DNA from: Phaeosaccion multiseriatum
Taxonomy: Eukaryota > Protista > Ochrophyta, other classes
Assembly (NCBI GenBank): GCA_965112735.1
Contig: OZ218953.1
Location: forward strand, 620,001-684,000
Direction: 5' to 3'
DNA: 64,000 nucleotides
Position 1 is the first letter of the stretch. Each line of letters opens with the position of its first letter. Below the pieces are notes generated by a model. The model did not search any database. It saw nothing but the letters and a program-made list of their open reading frames with translations, and was not told the DNA's origin. Of the stretch, positions 37,222 through 49,500 are shown in pieces. Position numbers and translations under genes: made by a program.

Positions 37222-40200
37222 GCATGTCCACCCCCAAGGGCGTGACTATCCCCACCACTTTGCTTCTCATTCCCCTTCTCGCCCAATGGAGCCGCCACTC
37301 GGGAGCATAAGTACGAGAAGAAAGCAGAGAAGGACGGATGCGCGAAGACATCCCCTGGTCGGATGGCCGGGTCGAGCTGCAAGGCTTTCGTGAGCTGGGC
37401 ACACATCTCTGCAACTGAAAGAGAATCCAGGGCCTTATCGAGGAGCAGTTCTTCGCTCGAGCGCAGCTCTTCCAAAGTGCGCGGGAAAATCCAGTCGTCC
37501 TCCTCCCCTGCTGCAATGTTGTTGTACACATCCGTGAATGCACGAAACGTCTGCTCTTCCCTCGTCTGTGCGCTGGACTCTCCGGCAGGGGGAGGGGTAG
37601 GTGCAGGGCTCTCGCCATCGTGTGTTGGTGTTGCTATCTTCGGGAGGGGAAACTTTCGCGACGAGGGGAAGCCCCGCCAAGGGGTGTCAACTCGCTCTGC
37701 TGCACCTTGGGGCCGTACGCCGCCGTAGCTACTCAAGATGACGTGGGCGTTGAAACCGCCAACACCATAGGAATTGACGGCTGCGAGGAGCGTCGAGCTG
37801 TCGGAGCAGTAGGAGGAGAGCGGCGTCCTTCGGGTGGGCAGCGTAATGGGCACGCCCTCCAGTTTCAGGTTGGGGTTGACCTCCTCCAGGTGTAGGTTGA
37901 CTGGAGCTACTTGGTGCTGCATCACTAAGACGGCCTTGATGAGCTGAGCCATCCCCGACGCCCCCTCCATGTGGCCCAGGGTAGTCTTCACTGTGCCCAC
38001 CACCAGCGGGGAGGCCTCAGGCCTGTTGGAGGTGAAAGCCGCTCTGAGAGCGCCTGAGGAAGAAGGGGTGGACATGAATGAGCTTTTCTTGATCTGTCTC
38101 ACCACAGCATCTTTCTTCGAGCTTAGAGGAGAGAAGGAGCTCACGATGATGGCCCAACACAAACACGCGCCTCCTTCTACGTACCCATATCGATGGCATC
38201 GCCCATGACGGTTCCCGTGGCGTGGGCCTCGACGTAGCTCACTTCTCTCCCCTCGTACCCTGCCTGCCGTAGGGCGCTCCTCGCCAATCTCTCTTGGGCG
38301 GCTCCCTTGGGGGCGGACAGAGAACTGCTGACGCCGCTGTGGTTGACCGCCGCTGCCTTGATGACGGCGAGGACGTTGTCTTCATCCTTGACGGCCTCGC
38401 ACAGGAGCTTCAGCACGACGGCCCCGCTGCCCTCGCTGCGCACATATCCATCCCCACGAACGTCAAAAGACCTGCAGCGCCTATGGAAGGGGATGCATGG
38501 TATGGAAGCAGGAGGAGAGGAGTCCGGGGAAGAGTGGAGGCACGTTTGTTAGGTGAGTCAAAAGCTCCGGTCAAGACCTTCGACTCCAGGCAAGCCAGCC
38601 AACACAGAGAGGCTCCTCTTCGTACGACCAGTACTTACTCCTACAACGTCAAATGTCAGCGAAGGCGACTTCATGAAGACAGTGCATTCCAAAAAGCGCG
38701 AGTCGCAAAAGCGCAGTTACTCACCCTTCTTTAGACAGAAGCCCCGCACTGGCCAGGCCGCCAAAGCCTTGGTGGTGGAGCAGCAGGTTAACCCCGCCAA
38801 CCACGGCAGAGCTGCATTGCCTCAGTCTTAGGCTGTTGCAAGCGTTGTTCAGGGCCACAAATGCGGATGAGCATGCTGCATCTACGCTTTCGCACGGCCC
38901 GGCAAGGCCCAGCGCGTGCGAAATACGGCCCGCGAAGCAAGCTCGGCTTGCACCTGCCAGGGTGTAAGCGTTGAGAGACGTACCACTCGCGCTATCACGC
39001 AGCACCGCGGACCAGTCACTCCCTGCCGCGCCCACAAACACGCCGACTCGGTGCCCTTCAAGCCTGTGCCTGCCCTCGTAGCCGGCTCTATACAGAGCCT
39101 CATACGCCACTTCGAGCATGATGCGCTGGTTGGGATCTTGGGCCTCCGCCTCGGCGATGGAGATACCAAAGAATGCGTTGTCGAACGCTTCCACGGTGTC
39201 GATGAAGCCTCCTGATCGCATAAATAGGGGAGAGGAAGAGTGTTCACAGGATTAGTGGGCGTCAAGAAGCACTGCAGACAAGGCGCGGGGATATTGGTTG
39301 AGACGCACACTACAACTACAATTCCGTGTGCAACATGACGCAAACGCACCGCGCACTCCCGCTCCCAAGCCTCGTTCAAGGGGTGCATCGGTGACGCAGT
39401 CCTCCTCATTACACAGCTTCGCCCAGAGCTCTTCCGGGCTGTTGCAGCCACCGGGGAAGCGACAGGCCATCCCAATGACTGCAATGTCGCCGCCACCGTC
39501 GGAGAGGATACCTCCCTCACCAGCGACGGACGGGGGCAGTCCTTCGTCTCCATCTCCCTCTCCAAACACGGTCGCCTCTACGTGAGCTGCCAGGAGAGCA
39601 GGTGTCGGATAGTCGAAGAAGGCCTCAGACCCAAGCTCGAAGTCCTTGTCCCCCTCCGCCTCCGCCCTCTTGCTGCCCAGAAAGTCCTCGAGCATCACCT
39701 CCAGCTCCGCCATCATCACCGAGGTCATGCCCGCCTCCATGAAGCGGTCATCGGCGGTTAGAGCTCGATTGTGTGTCACCTCCGCGGCAAAGCCTATGAT
39801 CTCCTCCAAGATGATGGCCACCCTTGCCTGCCTACCGAGGCTCTCCATAGAATGAATGGCCAGACTGCTGTCTCGTTCTCCTCTTCTTTCCGGGACCTCG
39901 CCTTCGACGGAGCGAGGCCTGTCCTCTGGAGTTGAGCGCGTGCTTGCAAGGTCATCAAGAGGAGGGCCCTGTAGGTGTGTGTGAGGAAACGGGCAAAACA
40001 GGTGGGTGAGACCAACAACAACTTCCTCCGCAGACGTTTCCCCCGCACCAGAGCAGGATCAAGAGGTCTGCGAAGAGCAAGAGAGGGCCAAGGAAGAATG
40101 GCATGGGCAAGAGCCCTCCACTCTCGCGCGTTCGCACCTGTGACCTCCCTTCTTGCCCACTCGCGGTGTCCTCGGTGAGCTCGCGCACCATGTGCAGCTC

Positions 40201-42850
40201 GCCAGCGTGAAGCGCCTTCCTTGTCGCCCGCCGTCGGATCTTGCCGCTCGTGGTCTTGGGGATGGTCTTCTGCTTGACGGCCACCACCCTGGCCGCTCGG
40301 AGGCCCAGACAGGACGACAATGCGGCTTGGGCGGCCTCCACCACTGCCTGAGCCTCGCTCTCTCGCTCCTGCCGGATCTCGAACACCACCTCCAGTACGC
40401 CGTCCCCTCCCGTCTCGTCGGAGGAGAAGGCCGCAATGCAGCCCTGCCGGACGGCGCTGGAGGCCTCTTGCACAGCGAACTCCACGTCCTGCGGGTAGTG
40501 GTTGACCCCGTTGAAGATGATAAGGTCCTTGATGCGACCGCAGATGTACAGTAACCCCTCCTCCACAAAGCCCACGTCGCCCGTCCGCAGGTACTTGTGA
40601 CTTGAGACATCACTGTCATCGCTTCCTCCCGTTCCTTTGGGGAGTGCGAGTGTGGCACCAAACGTCTCCTTCGACAGCTCGGGCTTGCCCCAGTACCCGG
40701 CGGTGATACAGGGAGAGGAGACCCAAATCTCTCCCGTGGCTGCTGCTTCGCTGACCTCGACCATGGTGTCAGGATTGACGATTCGAAAGTGCGCAAAGTC
40801 CGCTCCCGTGCCCGCGTACCCTACGCTGATGAGCTCCGGCCTAGAGGTGGAGCAGCGCACAGAGTCGAGGGAGCAAGCTGCTCCCATTGAAGGTAAGAGC
40901 AGAGCAGAGCGGCGAGGTTCAGCCAGGCAAAGAGAGGTTAGACCATGGTAGTGCAGCAAGCCAAGGCAAGCGAAGGGAACAATCTTCACGCACCTGATGC
41001 CACATGCTCAGCCAAGCCGTAAGCCGACGTGAACCACCTGCGCAGCACAGGAAGAGAGTCAGCGATAGCAAGAATTGCTCTGAGTGAGAAACGAAGCTAA
41101 ACACTTCGCGGTAGCTCTCCCCCTGAGAGCTACAGCAGGTTGTAAAAGCGCAGTAGCTACAACCAACCCACAGCTGAGCGCAGATCACACTGCACAATAG
41201 AATTAGTGGGTCGCTGCTTCACCGCGTCTTCTCACATACCCGTCTGGGAGGCCGTGGGGGCGGAAGGCTTCTTCGAACCTCGCAATGGTCTCTCTCCGAA
41301 TCGGCTCTGCTGAGTTGATGAGTGACAGCACGCTGGACAAGTCCAAAGTGGGCTCATTGCGAGTGCCGCGCACCTTGGCCATGCAGCGGGCGCAGAGAGC
41401 GTAGGCGAAGTCGGGGGCGACGGACCACTCCGCGCGGTACCGAGAGAAGAGCTCCAGCCAGAGCAGGGGCCGCTTAATGAACGTCACGGGGGACATGTAG
41501 TGCATTGTCATGCCCGTCAGGAAGGGGCCCACAAGGCCCACCACCAGGCCCATGTCCTGCGGTGAAGGTGGGAGGGGTGAGGGGAGGCAGTAAGTACGGG
41601 CACAGCCACAGCGCCGAGATTGGGCCTGCTGCATGCTTTTCACTATGACCAGATGCTGCCCGTCCCATGGGAGGGTACGGAGAGAACCCACAGCCAGAGA
41701 CGTTAGCGTGGCATGCAAGTCACACTCATGAGCACTCATCACTCACTCACATGGTATTGAGGCAGCCACGAGCAGCCCGTCAGCGGCAAGGTGACCACTT
41801 GCAGACCGGCGTCTCCTCCTCCGGGAGCCCCCTCCATCTTGAGAGACAGTTCCTCTCCTCGATGAGAATCCTCCTTCGCTCGCCGCAACCACACCAACGC
41901 CGTTCCGTGGCGGATCAGAAGGGACACATTGGCCAAGAGCGCACCGAAGGTCACCATCACGCCTTTGGGGTCGCCGGTGGAACCGCTGGTGTACTGCAGA
42001 AACGCCAGGTCCTCTTCGGCCACGCTCGGCTCGTCAAAGCTCCTCCTCCCTGCGCCTGACGAGGAGGAGAATAAGCTCGGAAGCAGCCCCCCATCCGTAG
42101 CCTTGAAGTCGAGGTCGGCAGGCCACAGCTTGCGCGAGTCAGAGAGTGGATTGGCCCTGTCCACTCTACGCACAGTTGCTATGGTGGAGTCGGTGAGGCA
42201 CAGCAGGGGCTTACAGTCCGCCACGATCTTGCTCATCTTGGGCAGTGACTTGGACAGCGGAGGAGCGGGCGGGTACACCATCACCGCCACCACGCCCGCT
42301 CTCAGGCATCCCAGGAAGGCCGCGAAGAAGTGCATGCCCGGCCCGTAGCACAGCACCACCATGGCTCCCTTGGGCACACCCCACTCCTCCCGCAGCATGT
42401 AGGCAATGTTTCCCGCCTAAGAAGAAGGGCACCAGGGGAAGCAAGCATACCGGCCGGCCGGGCCCCTCAGGTTCTCCTCGTTATTAGATGATAAGCGACA
42501 CATTAATCGCACCCGACTAGTCGAGGAGGGCGGGGAGTGAAAGGAGGAGAGGAGAAAGGCGGGGAGGAGCGAGGGCACCCACGCACCCCCTCTCCTACGG
42601 AATGTTTCCACTCGCTCTCGCACTCCTCCCCTCGAGTGGTGTCGTCTAGGCAGTGTACACTGCCTGACCCACTGGACTGCTTGCGTCGGGCACTCTCCCC
42701 TCCTCTTACCTCATCCCACATGCGCTTGAAGCTGTACTGCTCCACCTCTCTTCCCTTTGCATCGTACCAGAAGGCGAAGGGCTTCTCCCCGCGCTCGGCC
42801 ACAACCTCGTGGGCCCTCCCCAGCAAATCTTGACTGCCGGGTTTCGTCAT
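34773..42850 (-). CDS. Gene B: FAAL(b)-ACP-KS(x)-ACP-Pls/PosA-like terminal domain (type T2); AT-less, about 2197 aa
   Basis: Exons 42850-42710, 42416-41751, 41556-41240, 41037-40994, 40880-40138, 39968-39350, 39211-38725, 38480-38185, 38053-34773 (6594 nt, in frame). Same FAAL and KS motifs as gene A; second ACP ALDSL; T2 with YRALGATIG..DPEWVVIG and YLRLLGLRAG..DPDLLTL..QCHILE. Confidence 0.88.
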
Positions 42851-45800
42851 CAGCCTTGGAAAGTCTGCGGGCTCCTGCTGCTGCTGCTGCTGCTCATGCT
42901 TTGCTGCTGCTGCTGCTGCTGCAGGTCCTATACGTCTGAGAATTTAGTACCCCCAGATCCCCAATCCGCATGTCGGCCCACCGTCAGACCCGGTTCTGTC
43001 CGACGGAACCTTCCCCTTTTTGCCAAGCGGGAGACAAAAAAGAACTTCTTTCTTTTTATGTTTTTCTTTTTGTATACACTCCATCATCCTTTCACTCACC
43101 ACCTAAATTTTGGCGCTTTGCAAATGCGTTCTGGCCTGGTTCTCTCGCTGTGTCCCACAGGGCAGGTTCCGTCGGACAGAATCGAAACTGGCTAGTATCT
43201 AAGTTTCAAAAAAGAGAAGCGGCGCGGTCTGAAATACCCAACCGATCACCCTTGACATATAGTTGTACGATCGTTTAGTACATCCGACGGCGAGGCCTGA
43301 ACATGCAGATACATGTGGACTCGTACACTCGGCTGACGTGTAATAGACCTGCAGCATGAGCAGCAGCAGCAGCAGCAGCAGGAGCCCGCGCGCTTTCCAA
43401 GGCTGATTGTGGACGAGCCCGCAGACTTTCCAAGGCTGATGAAACCCGGCAGTCAAGATTTGCTGGGGAGGGCCCACGAGGTTGTGGCCGAGCTCGGGGA
43501 GAAGCCCTTCGCCTTCTGGTACGATGCAAAGGGAAGAGAGGTGGAGCAGTACAGCTTCAGGCGCATGTGGGATGAGGTAAGAGGAGGGGAGAGAATGCCC
43601 GCCGCAAGCAGTCGTGGGTCAGTGTACACTGCCTAGACGACACCACTCGAGGGGAGGAGTGCGAGAGCGAGTGGAAACGTTCCATTAGCTAAAAAAGGGG
43701 GTGCCCTCGCTCCTCCTCGTCTTTCTTCTCCTCTCCTCCTTTCACTCCCCGCCCTCCTCGACTAGTCGTGTGCGATTAATATGGCGCTTATCATCTAACG
43801 AGGAGACCCTGAGGGGCCCGGTATGCTTCCCCTGCTCTGGTGCCCGCCTTCTTGACTCCTTGCTTAGGCGGGCAAGATTGCCTACATGCTGCGGGGGGAG
43901 TGGGGTGTGCCCAAGGGAGCCATGGTGGTGCTGTGCTACGGGCCGGGCATGCACTTCTTCGCGGCCTTCCTGGGATGCCTGAGAGCGGGCGTGGTGGCGG
44001 TGATGGTGTACCCGCCCGCTCCTCCGTTGTCCAAGTCACTGCCCAAGATGAGCAAGATCGTGGCGGACTGTAAGCCCCTGCTGTGCCTCACCGACTCCAC
44101 CATAGCAACTGTGCGTAGAGTGGACAGGGCCAATCCACTCTCTGACTCGCGCAAGCTGTGGCCTGCGGACCTCGACTTTAAGGCTACGGATGGGGGGCTG
44201 CTTCCGAGCTTCTTCTCCTCCTCGTCAGGCGCAGGGAGCAGGAGGAGCTTTGTTGCCGAGCCGAGCGTGGCCGAACAGGACCTGGCGTTTCTGCAGTACA
44301 CCAGCGGTTCCACCGGCGAGCCCAAAGGCGTCATGGTGACCTTCGGTGCGCTCATGGCCAATGTGTCCCTCTCGCAACACCTGATCCGCCACGGAACGGG
44401 GTTAGTGAGGGTGCGGCGAGCGAAGGAGGATGCACATCGAGGTGAGGAACTGTCTCTCAAGATGGGGAGGGCTCCCGGAGTAGAACAAGACGCCGGTCTG
44501 CAAATGGTCACCTTGCCGCTGACGGGCTGCTCGTGGCTGCCTCAATACCATGTGAGTGAGTGATGAGTGCTCATGAGTGCGACTTGCATGCCACGCCAAC
44601 GTCTCTGGCTGTGGGTTCTCTCCGTACCCTCCCAATGGGATGGGCAGCATCTGGTCATAGTGAATAGTATACAGCAATCTTGGCGCTGTGTGCCCGTACT
44701 TACTGCCTCCCTCCCTCACTCCTCCCACCTTCACCGCAGGACATGGGCCTGGTGGTGGGCCTTGTGGGCCCCTTCCTGACGGGCATGACAATGCACTACA
44801 TGTCCCCCGTGACGTTCATTAAGCGGCCCCTGCTCTGGCTGGAGCTCGTCTCTCGGTATCGCGTGGAGTGGTCCGTCGCCCCCGACTTCGCCTACGCTCT
44901 CTGCGCCCGCTGCATGGCCAAGGTGCGCGGCACTCGCAAGGAGCCCGCCTTGGACTTGTCCAGCGTGCTGTCACTCATCAACTCAGCAGAGCCGATTCGG
45001 AGAGAGACCATTGCGAGGTTCGAAGAAGCCTTCCGCCCCCACGGCCTCCCAGACGGGTATGTGAGAAGACGCGGTGAAGCAGTGACCCACTAATTCTATT
45101 GTGCAGTGTGATCTGCGCTCAGCTGTGGGTTGGTTGTAGCTACTGCGCTTTTACAACCTGCTGTAGCTCTCAGGGGGAGAGCTATCGCAAGTGTTTAGCT
45201 TCGTTCCTCGCTCAGATGCAATTCTTGCTCTCGTTGATTCTCTTCCTGTGCTGCGCAGGTGGTTCACGTCGGCTTACGGCTTGGCTGAGCATGTGGCATC
45301 AGGTGCGTAAACGTATGGTTCGCCTGAGATGCTTGCTGCCTTTGCTTGCTGCACTACCATGGCCTAACCTCTCTTTTCCTGGCTGAACCTCGCCGCTCTG
45401 CTCTGCTCTTACCTTCAATGGGAGCAGCTTGCTCCCTCGACTCTGTGCGCTGCTCCACCTCTAGGCCGGAGCTCATCAGCGTAGGGTACGCGGGCACGGG
45501 AGCGGACTTTGCGCACTTTCGAATCGTCAACCCTGACACCATGGTCGAGGTCAGCGAAGCAGCAGCCACGGGAGAGATTTGGGTCTCCTCTCCCTGTATC
45601 ACCGCCGGGTACTGGGGCAAGCCCCAGCTGTCGACGGAGACGTTTGGTGCCACACTCACACTCCCCAAAGGAACGGGGGGAAGCGATGACAGTGATGTCT
45701 CAAGTCACAAGTACCTGCGGACGGGCGACGTGGGCTTTGTGGAGGAGGGGTTACTGTACATCTGCGGTCGCATCAAGGACCTCATCATCTTCAACGGGGT

Positions 45801-46500
45801 CAACCACTACCCGCAGGACGTGGAGTTCGCTGTGCAAGAGGCCTCCAGTGCCGTTCGGCAGGGCTGCATTGCGGCCTTCTCCTCCGACGAGACGGGAGGG
45901 GACGGCGTGCTGGAGGTGGTGTTCGAGATCCGGCAGGAGCGAGAGAGCGAGGCTCAGGCAGTGGTGGAGGCCGCCCAAGCCGCATTGTCGTCCTGTCTGG
46001 GCCTCCGTGCGGCCAGGATGGTGGCCGTCAAGCAGAAGACCATCCCCAAGACCACGAGCGGCAAGATCCGACGGCGGGCGACAAGGCAGGCGCTTCACGC
46101 TGGCGAGCTGCACATGGTGCGCGAGCTCACCGAGGACACCGCGAGTGGGCAAGAAGGGAGGGCGGCTGCGATGTCACAGGTGCGAACGCGCGAGAGTGGA
46201 GGCTTCTTGCTCATGCCATTCTTGCTTTGCCCTCTCTTTGTGGTCTGTCGTGTTTGCCCTTCGCAGACCTCTTGATCCTGCTCTGGTGCGGGGAAGCGTT
46301 GCTGAGGAAGTTGTTGTTGGTCTCACCCACCTGTTCTGCCCGCTTCCTCACACACACACACACACCGACAGGACCCTCCTCTTGATGACCTTGCAAGCAC
46401 GCGCCCGACTCCGGAGGACAGGCCTCGCTCCGTCGAAGGCGAGGTCCCGGAAAGAAGAGGAGAACGAGAGAGCAGTCTGGCCATTCATTCTATGGAGAGC
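39850..46500. repeat. Large inverted duplication: 5' halves of genes B and C, centred near 43.1 kb
   Basis: FAAL exons and introns of B (about 39850-42925) are near-identical reverse complements of those of C (about 43350-46500). Confidence 0.9.
42851..43438. promoter_or_regulatory. Putative bidirectional promoter between divergent genes B and C
   Basis: About 590 bp between head-to-head ATGs, with a T-rich core, a perfect 18-bp inverted repeat (42994-43011 / 43164-43181) and (CAG)n leaders on both sides. Confidence 0.6.
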
Positions 46501-49500
46501 CTCGGTAGGCAGGCAAGGGTGGCCATCATCTTGGAGGAGATCATAGGCTTTGCAGTGGAGGTGACGCACAATCGAGCTCTGACCGCCGATGACCGCTTCA
46601 TGGAGGCGGGTATGACCTCGGTGATGATGGCGGAGCTGGCGGTGATGGTCGAGGACTTTCTGGGCAGCAAGAGGGCGGAGGAGGAGGGGGACAAGGACGT
46701 TGAGCTTGGAGCCGAGGCCTTCTTCAACTTTCCGACACCTGCTCTCTTGGCGGCTCACGTAGAGACGACCCTGTTTGGAGAGGGAGAGGGGGACGACGCT
46801 TCTGCTGACGGACTGCTTCCTCCTCTTCTTTCTGATAGTGGCGGCGACATCGCAGTCATTGGGATGGCCTGTCGCTTCCCCGGCGGATGCAGCAGCCCGG
46901 AAGAGCTCTGGGCGAAGCTGTGCAATGAGGAAGACTGCGTCACCGATGCGCCCTCTGAGCGAGGCTTGGGAGCGGGAGTAAGAGGTGCGCTATGAGTTAT
47001 CTACCTTACTGCACACACATGATTGATTGCGGCATGCATCTCAGCCTGTGTAGCCTGTACTCTGCAGTGCTTCTTAGCGCCTTGCTAAACATCTGCTCTT
47101 CCTCTCCCCTGATTATGCGATCAGGAGGCTTCATCGACACCGTGGAAGCGTTCGACAATGCATTCTTCGGTATGTCCATCGCCGAGGCGGAGGCCCAAGA
47201 CCCCAATCAGCGCATCATGCTCGAAGTGGCGTATGAGGCTCTGCATAGAGCCGGCTACGAGGGCAGGCACAGGCTTGAAGGGCACCGAGTCGGCGTGTTT
47301 GTGGGCGTGGGAGGGAGTGACTGGCCTACTCTTCTCTACGAGAACCCACAACTCACCAAGGGAAACCCGTACGTGCTGGCGGGGGCAAGCCGAGCTTGCA
47401 TCGCTACCCGCATCTCGCACACACTCGGCCTTGAAGGTCCATGCGAAAGCGTAGATACAGCATGCTCGTCGGCAATAGTGGCCCTGAACAACGCGTGCAA
47501 AAGCCTGAGACTCAGGGAGAGCCGCTCTGCGATCGTTGGCGGTGTCAACCTGCTGCTCCACCACCAAGCCTTTGGCGGCCTGGCCGATGCGCGGCTTCTA
47601 TCTAAAGAAGGGTGAGTGTGTTTTTAATGGGGCGCCTTTGGGTTGGCTTACGGTTTCGAGAGAAAGTCGGGAGAGACACGGGAGAAACAGTCATTGAGCA
47701 CACACCCCTCCTTGCTATGTCCCCTCTCGTACTTCAGATGTTGCAAGTCCTTTGACGCTCGTGGGGATGGATATGTGCGCAGCGAGGGCAGCGGGGCCGT
47801 CGTGCTGAAGCTCCTGCCTGAGGCCATCAAGGACGGGGACCGCATCCTCGCCGTCATCAAGGCAGCGGCTGTCAGCCACAGCGGCGTCAGCAGCTCTCTA
47901 TCCGCCCCCAAGGGAACCGCCCAGGAGAGCTTAGTGAGAAGGGCACTACGGCAGGCAGGGTGCGAGGGGAGAGAAGTGAGCTACGTTGAAGCGCACGCCA
48001 CAGGAACCGTTATGGGCGATGCCGTCGAAATGGGTAAGCTATGACGGCCACGAAGGGCGGAGAGGTGGCAACAAGAGGCATCGTAAACTCTCTCTCTTGT
48101 GAGCTCGAAGAATGTGAGATGGCGTTGAGAGAGGTTAAACCAAGGCTCATTCATGTCCTCCCTCCCTCCCCCCTTACCATCGTGTGATGCATCTTAGGCG
48201 CTCTCAAGGCCGCTTTCACCTCCAACAGGCCTGAGGCCTCCCCCCTTGTAGTGGGCACCGTCAAGACCACCCTCGGCCACATGGAGGGGTCATCGGGAAT
48301 GGCTCAGCTCATCAAGGCCATCCTGGTACTGCAGCACCGAGAGGCCCCAGCCAACCTTCACCTCAAGGAGGTCAACCCCAAGCTGAAGCTGGAGGGCGTG
48401 CCCATCGCGCTGCCCACCCGAAGGACGCCACTTTCCTCTTACTGCTCCGACGGCTCAACGCTGCTCGCGGGTGTCAACTCCTACGGGGTTGGCGGAGTAA
48501 TCGCCCACGTCATCTTGGGCAGCTACGGCGGCTGTACAATGGAAACCCAAGGCGTTGATGCTACATGGCAGGGGTTCCCTTCGTCGAGAACCTTTTCCAT
48601 CCCGAGGGGTGCCGCGCGTGAGCTGCAAGACTCCACACCGAGCGTGGAGTCAAGGGGTATGACTGGACTTGTGATGGAGACGGACGAAGACTTGCACGAC
48701 AAGGCGGTGGAAGCCTGCATACAGGAAGCGGCGCGTTTCTTAGAGGATGGGAGGCAGCAGCAGTCGCAGCCGCAGCGAGAGAAGGGTAAGGTCCACCCCC
48801 CAAGGGAGCTCGACGATCTCGAGGCCCCACAACCTGTGGACGCACGCACCTCCTTCCTGGAGCTGGGTATGGACTCTTTGGCCGTGGTGCAGCTGGTCAA
48901 CACGCTCCAGGACCAGTTTGAGCTGCAGGAGGAGCTTCCGCTGGCGGAGGTGCTTCAGAACCCCACTGCAGAGGGCCTCGCCATACTGGTGGTGGAGCGC
49001 CGGCATCGAGACCTCGTTCCCGGTGGGGGAAAGAGAAAGCAGAGCCATGGCGAAGGGGCGGCTGCTCACGAGGGCGTGATAGAGGAGAAGGAGCCACTGC
49101 TGTGCGCAAAGATGATGTCCTCTGTGGGCTTCAAGGTGACGCAAGTGGTGCTCATTGCAGTGCTCTTGGCGCAGGTCTTCGCCTGCATGATTCCAGCTTA
49201 CCGCTACCTCCGCTGGCTCCAGACGGACTCTGACATCGAGACTTCGGTGTGGGTGGGGAAGGACTTGAGTCATCTCGCCAATCCAGAGTCCTCTTACGCC
49301 TCTCCAGGGGGTGTTGTGGGTTGGGGCCCTCTGGTCTCCTTCAGCATCGTCCTGTGGTTCCTGACGTACTCCGCTTCCATCGTGTGCGTCAAGTGGCTTG
49401 TCGTGGGGGCGTACTTTGAGGCAACCGTTCCGATTCACGCGTCGTACTATCACCGCTGGTGGTACGTGAATGCGTGTATCAACGTGTGGGAAGTGGGTGG

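Noticed and set aside
42994-43181. MITE or transposon defined by the 18-bp inverted repeat
   Set aside because: No clear target-site duplication, no other copy and no transposase in the window. Kept only as a possible regulatory or palindrome remnant.
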